Shown here: in pieces, positions 32,343-36,284 of the stretch
How positions within the stretch are numbered: the first letter of the stretch is position 1
Layout of the letters: each line of letters starts with the position of its first letter
Assembly (NCBI GenBank): GCA_041660565.1
Contig: JBAZWC010000001.1
Span: 136,197 to 172,480 of the forward strand
DNA from: Patescibacteria group bacterium
Lineage (GTDB): Bacteria; Patescibacteriota; UBA1384; CAJBMM01
Direction of reading: 5' to 3'
Length of the DNA stretch: 36,284 nt
The notes under the pieces: model-generated
What the model saw: only the letters and a program-made list of their open reading frames with translations
What the model was told of the DNA's origin: nothing
Databases searched by the model: none
Made by a program: the position numbers and the translations under genes

Positions 32343-34855
32343 TGGACACACGCTATTTTCCAAACGAACCTGTAACAACAACTCAAAGCGCGTGGCCGCT
32401 ATTTTTAGGGTTGTTGCTGCTTGCTTTGGTAATTGCACTGGTCACAATATTGGTGTGGTGGCTAAAACATAAATCAGAGCAGTCTCGTCTGAAACGATCG
32501 CTTGAACTAACGATGTTGCAGGTCAGTTTACCTAGAGACACTAATCCATCCGAAGAAGATGTGCGTCAAGATTTTCGCGAGCTAATTGCTATTGGTGAGC
32601 CGTTGATCGCCAGCTTTCAACACTTATATGATCATTCTCGCAAGTTTGGTAGCGTGCCCCAAGAGCACATTACCTTTGAAATTGCCGCCCACGATCGCGA
32701 AATATTCTTTTATGTTGGCGTTTCTAAACATCTGGTTAGCTTGATTGAAAAACAAATTCACGCTCAATATCCGGATGCGATGATAGAAGAAATTCAAGAT
32801 TACACCATTTTACGCGATAAAAACGCCAAAATTGCCGCCGATCAGCTAAAATTGGCAAAAAGCTTTATCTTGCCCATTCGCACCTATCGAGACCTCGAAT
32901 CCAGCTCACTTAACGTCATCACCAATACCTTGTCAAAACTGGGTGATGATTCCACAGCGGCAATTCAATTTTTAATTCGCCCGAATGATGGCTATTGGCG
33001 CACGCAGGTGATGTTTTGGGCCAAGCAGCTGCAACTTGGTAAAGGATTTAACCCGTATGCCGATACATCGATGCGCCAGTTTTGGAATATTCTAAGCCCG
33101 AATTTGAAAAAATCGGTTATGACCGAAGACGCCAAAGCAGAAGCGGAGCGCCGTCAGTTAACTCCAATGCAAGAAGAGCAACTGAAATTACTAAACAATA
33201 AATCCGGTAAGGTGGGATTTGACGTTCAAATTCGAATTATTGCTACCGCGCCAACTGCACCGGAAGCCAAAACGGTGCTTGAAAACATCTCTTCGTCATT
33301 TGCCCAGTTTACCGATCCTACCGGTAACTCAATTCAGCCAGCGCATTATCCTAATGTAGCTCGGTTGGTGTTGGATTATATTTTGCGCACCTTTACGCCG
33401 GGACGAGTGATGATTTTGAACACCGAAGAAATTACCTCGTTGTTTCATTTTCCAAATCGTCATATTGAAACTCCAAACATCCGCTGGCTTAAAGCCAAAA
33501 AAACCACCCCGCCGCCAAACCTTCCAACCTCGGGTAGGTTGCTGGGCGTATCGCATTTTCGCGGTGAAGATAAACAAGTGTTCATTAAACCAGCGGACCG
33601 CATGCGCCATTTGTACGCGGTGGGTAAGACTGGTGTGGGAAAATCAACCTTGCTGCAAAATATGATTGTAGATGATATCAAAGAAGGTTTGGGAGTGGCG
33701 TATTTGGATCCGCATGGTGACTCAATCGAATACATTATGCGACACATTCCCGAGAATCGAATTAAAGATGTGATTATCTTTGATCCATCCGACACTGCCC
33801 GTCCACTCGGATTAAACTTGTTAGAGTGGAGTACTCCGCAGCAACGAGATTTTTTGGTCCAAGAAGCGGTGCAGATATTTTATAAATTATTTGATCCAAA
33901 CCAAACCGGTATTGTGGGGCCGCAGTTTGAGCATTGGTTGCGTAATGCGGCGTTAACGTTGATGTCCGACCCGAATGGGGGAACGCTGATCGAAATTCCA
34001 CGTTTGTTTGTGGACAAACAGTTTGAAACCCAAGCGTTGCAACACGTTACCGACCCGGTGGTACGCGCGTTTTGGGAACAGCAGATGTCCAAAACCTCCG
34101 ATTTTCATAAATCCGAAATGCTTAACTACTTTACCTCTAAATTTGGTCGTTTTATGACCAACACCATGATTCGCAACATCATCGGTCAGCCCAAAAGCGC
34201 GTTTGATTTTAGGAAGGTGATGGATGAAGGCAAAATTTTGCTGGTTAATTTGTCTAAAGGTAAAGTGGGCGAGGTTAACAGTAATTTGCTCGGTATGATC
34301 TTAGTGTCTAAATTGCAGGTAGCGGCGATGAGTCGGGCTGACGTACCGGAAGATCAGCGCCCGCCGTTTTATCTTTATGTTGATGAATTTCAAAACTTTA
34401 CTACCGACGCCTTTGCGTCCATATTATCCGAGGCACGCAAGTACGGCTTGGCTCTAAGTTTGGCCAACCAATACATCGAGCAGCTAACCGAGCAAATTCG
34501 CAATGCGGTAGTGGGCAATGCCGGTACAATTGTGGCGTTTCGAGTGGGTGCCGCTGATGCCGAGTTTCTGGTCCACGAGTTTCAGCCGCTGGTTGAGGAC
34601 GATCTAATCAATATCGACAAATATAACTTTTACTTAAAACTGTTAATTGATAATCGCGCCGAGCGACCGTTTAATTGCGAAGTTTTGCCACCAGATACCA
34701 CCGGCACGGCTGCGATGGCAGATGCGGTTCGCCACGCATCACGCACCACTTACGGTCAAGACGAAAAAGTAGTTGAAGCTCAAATAATTGAACGATCTAA
34801 AGTAGATCAGATCTCACTAGGTGGCATGGAACAGCCGGTTCCATCTGCCAGGTAA
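32342..34855 (+). CDS. membrane-anchored VirD4/TraD-like (type IV coupling protein-like) P-loop ATPase
   Basis: 837 aa. N-terminal TM helix (WPLFLGLLLLALVIALVTILVWWL), a ~380-aa unknown domain, Walker A GKTGVGKST followed by AYLDPHGD, and Walker B FYLYVDEFQNF. SEARKYGLALSLANQY...GNAGTIVAFRVG is typical of TraD/TraG C-terminal modules. Confidence 0.8.
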   Translation: MDTRYFPNEPVTTTQSAWPLFLGLLLLALVIALVTILVWWLKHKSEQSRLKRSLELTMLQVSLPRDTNPSEEDVRQDFRELIAIGEPLIASFQHLYDHSRKFGSVPQEHITFEIAAHDREIFFYVGVSKHLVSLIEKQIHAQYPDAMIEEIQDYTILRDKNAKIAADQLKLAKSFILPIRTYRDLESSSLNVITNTLSKLGDDSTAAIQFLIRPNDGYWRTQVMFWAKQLQLGKGFNPYADTSMRQFWNILSPNLKKSVMTEDAKAEAERRQLTPMQEEQLKLLNNKSGKVGFDVQIRIIATAPTAPEAKTVLENISSSFAQFTDPTGNSIQPAHYPNVARLVLDYILRTFTPGRVMILNTEEITSLFHFPNRHIETPNIRWLKAKKTTPPPNLPTSGRLLGVSHFRGEDKQVFIKPADRMRHLYAVGKTGVGKSTLLQNMIVDDIKEGLGVAYLDPHGDSIEYIMRHIPENRIKDVIIFDPSDTARPLGLNLLEWSTPQQRDFLVQEAVQIFYKLFDPNQTGIVGPQFEHWLRNAALTLMSDPNGGTLIEIPRLFVDKQFETQALQHVTDPVVRAFWEQQMSKTSDFHKSEMLNYFTSKFGRFMTNTMIRNIIGQPKSAFDFRKVMDEGKILLVNLSKGKVGEVNSNLLGMILVSKLQVAAMSRADVPEDQRPPFYLYVDEFQNFTTDAFASILSEARKYGLALSLANQYIEQLTEQIRNAVVGNAGTIVAFRVGAADAEFLVHEFQPLVEDDLINIDKYNFYLKLLIDNRAERPFNCEVLPPDTTGTAAMADAVRHASRTTYGQDEKVVEAQIIERSKVDQISLGGMEQPVPSAR

Positions 34856-34878
34856 ATTACATATTGTTCACAGGGTGA

Positions 34879-34907
34879 TTGACTCCGGTGCTGTTTTTGA
34901 GTATAAT
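34879..34907 (+). promoter_or_regulatory. sigma-70-like promoter candidate for GC-rich cassette 4
   Basis: TTGACT (34879-34884), 17-nt spacer, TATAAT (34902-34907). Confidence 0.5.
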
Positions 34908-34943
34908 TATGTCAACAACTTATCCATTCACGGGGGTGCTGTG

Positions 34944-35348
34944 ATGCACGATAAGGTTGGCAGAAACCTTGACACTTTCGGGCAGTTCATTGCCCGCGAC
35001 CTGTTTATCCTTGCGGTAGGACTATTTGCTGGGTATGGTTGCACGTTACAACGATTCGACTGGCAGGTTTACGGCATAGCTTTGCTCTTCGAGACGGTCT
35101 GCAGTGTGCTCTACGTTGTCGCAATGGACAGTCACATGGTGATCGTTGGCGCAGAGGATATGGCCAAGGGTTTGGTTCCATGGGGTGGGCCATATGAGCG
35201 TATGTCGCACGAAGTTCCACCGAAACTGTGCAAGCCTCTGTCGTTTGTGCATTGGGTGGGCATTGTTACGTTTGGATGTTGGTTAGTCCAAATGCTGTAC
35301 TGGCTTATCCCGGCGTTCCTACACTGGGCTGTGACTGTACAAGCGTAG
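34944..35348 (+). CDS. small 3-TM membrane hypothetical protein (GC-elevated cassette 4)
   Basis: ATG at 34944 is downstream of the promoter. The ORF-track start at 34821 overlaps the ATPase gene and runs through the promoter. 134 aa with three hydrophobic segments. 31/60 G+C hand-counted at 35041-35100. Confidence 0.55.
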   Translation: MHDKVGRNLDTFGQFIARDLFILAVGLFAGYGCTLQRFDWQVYGIALLFETVCSVLYVVAMDSHMVIVGAEDMAKGLVPWGGPYERMSHEVPPKLCKPLSFVHWVGIVTFGCWLVQMLYWLIPAFLHWAVTVQA

Positions 35349-35365
35349 TTGCGCTAATTCGCTAG

Positions 35366-35400
35366 GCCGGCCGAGAGAATATCCTCGACCGGCTTCAAAT
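35366..35400 (+). terminator. terminator-like hairpin after cassette 4
   Basis: gccgg(c)cgag...ctcg(a)ccggc followed by ttcaaattt. Confidence 0.45.
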
Positions 35401-35445
35401 TTAAATAAATGTTACTGACAACTAATAACAAATCTGGCAAAATAC

Positions 35446-35474
35446 TTGATTTACTTACTTGACAGTGTTATAAT
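35446..35474 (+). promoter_or_regulatory. sigma-70-like promoter candidate for the last gene
   Basis: TTGATT (35446-35451), 17-nt spacer, TGtTATAAT (35466-35474). Confidence 0.5.
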
Positions 35475-35530
35475 GAAACTAATATAAACTAACAATTTGC
35501 AAACGAGGGCGATGCAGATAGGAGATTCAC

Positions 35531-36284
35531 ATGTCGAATTCACTACTACAAAGTGTAGTTGCAGATAAGGCAGTCGAGTTCAAACAAAATTTTAACCCGC
35601 AGGCAATCATTGCCGGGTTAGTTTCTGGTCTAGAAGAAAAGGCGCGAAACGTCATTTCCTCGCGTACCGGTCTGTCTGGTGATAAAAAGGTAACTTTATC
35701 GTACATTGGTGATCATTACCACCTTTCTCGTGAGCGTATTCGCCAAATTGAGCGTGATGTAATGGCCAAATTAAGCGATAAATTACATGAAAAACACTAT
35801 CACGAAATACAATTTGTAGTGGCAACTATCGACCGCGAAGGCGGAGTAGTTAACGAAGAGACATTGGTCAAATTGCTGCTAATCGACTCTCGCCGTACTA
35901 GCGCAGACATTAATTCATTAAGACTATTTTTACGTTTAACCAAAGACGTGGTAGAAGTTAAAGATTCTAAAACAATGCGTCCGGGTTGGGTGTTGCGTAT
36001 GGTAACAGTGGCTAAAATTGATTCTATCGTTCAAGACCTAATCTTGCTAATTCAGCAATCCGGTTCGGTGATGACTTTTGAAAGCGTTTGGGAGCAAATG
36101 CCAGCATTACACGACCGCCCACAATCATTTCTTAAACAGATTATTTCGTTGTCACGCGATATCGTTAAAACCACCGAAGGCACTTTTGGTTTGTCTAGTT
36201 GGCCAACCGTTAACCCAAGAAACGTCCGTGATAAAATTTACTTCGTACTTAATCAATCCGGTACACCGCTGCACTTTACCGAAA
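35531..36284 (+). CDS. 5'-partial view of a DNA-binding protein: sigma-70 region-4-like HTH followed by a HARE-HTH-like domain (continues beyond window)
   Basis: ATG at 35531 with AGGAGA upstream, open to the window end, so absent from the ORF track. LSYIGDHYHLSRERIRQIERDVMAKL resembles sigma-70 region 4.2. GTFGLSSWP resembles the HARE-HTH signature. Confidence 0.55.
   Translation, partial: MSNSLLQSVVADKAVEFKQNFNPQAIIAGLVSGLEEKARNVISSRTGLSGDKKVTLSYIGDHYHLSRERIRQIERDVMAKLSDKLHEKHYHEIQFVVATIDREGGVVNEETLVKLLLIDSRRTSADINSLRLFLRLTKDVVEVKDSKTMRPGWVLRMVTVAKIDSIVQDLILLIQQSGSVMTFESVWEQMPALHDRPQSFLKQIISLSRDIVKTTEGTFGLSSWPTVNPRNVRDKIYFVLNQSGTPLHFTE

Noticed and set aside
1330-35530. tRNA, rRNA, tmRNA, RNase P or riboswitch genes in the larger intergenic gaps (1330-1718, 3274-3491, 12093-12576, 22704-23115, 25448-25719, 31492-31771).
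   Set aside because: I found no cloverleaf with a GTTCRANYC-type T-loop and no recognisable conserved cores by eye. The gaps are largely explained by palindromic repeats, promoters and leaders. A covariance-model scan (tRNAscan-SE/Infernal) would be decisive.

Overview
AT-rich, almost entirely plus-strand housekeeping segment. It looks like a reduced-genome, Gram-positive-type bacterium; Patescibacteria/CPR, possibly Saccharibacteria-like, is my inference only. UGA is used as a stop (secE) and prfB is present, so the genetic code is standard.

Recognisable genes in order: SEDS (FtsW/RodA family), rplU-secE-nusG-rplK, a short mfd, dprA-topA-recR, a MIP channel, a tRNA-dihydrouridine synthase, two paralogous DUF11-type surface proteins (one LPXTG-anchored), prfB, ybaB, pth, rplA, rplJ-rplL, tgt, and a partial sigma-70 region-4 / HARE-HTH-like gene at the 3' edge. 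I saw no rRNA, tRNA, CRISPR array, integrase or transposase.

Three things stand out:
1. Four separate GC-rich gene cassettes (five ORFs) are wedged between AT-rich housekeeping genes. They sit at about 12.4-14.55 kb, 22.05-22.7 kb, 25.55-26.35 kb and 34.9-35.4 kb. Each has its own Shine-Dalgarno, three have a promoter-like site in the AT-rich flank and four are followed by a hairpin. They encode secreted, membrane or orphan proteins, including an uninterrupted (G-X-Y)20 collagen-like protein.
2. An operon-like block at 26.4-34.9 kb encodes a 1584-aa membrane-anchored repeat protein with a GrpE-like segment, small coiled-coil and disordered proteins, and an orphan VirD4/TraD-like coupling ATPase.
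3. A family of TGTCAT-headed palindromic or MITE-like repeats is scattered through intergenic DNA. One composite copy is inserted in frame inside tgt.

All functional calls come from reading motifs by eye; no searches were run.
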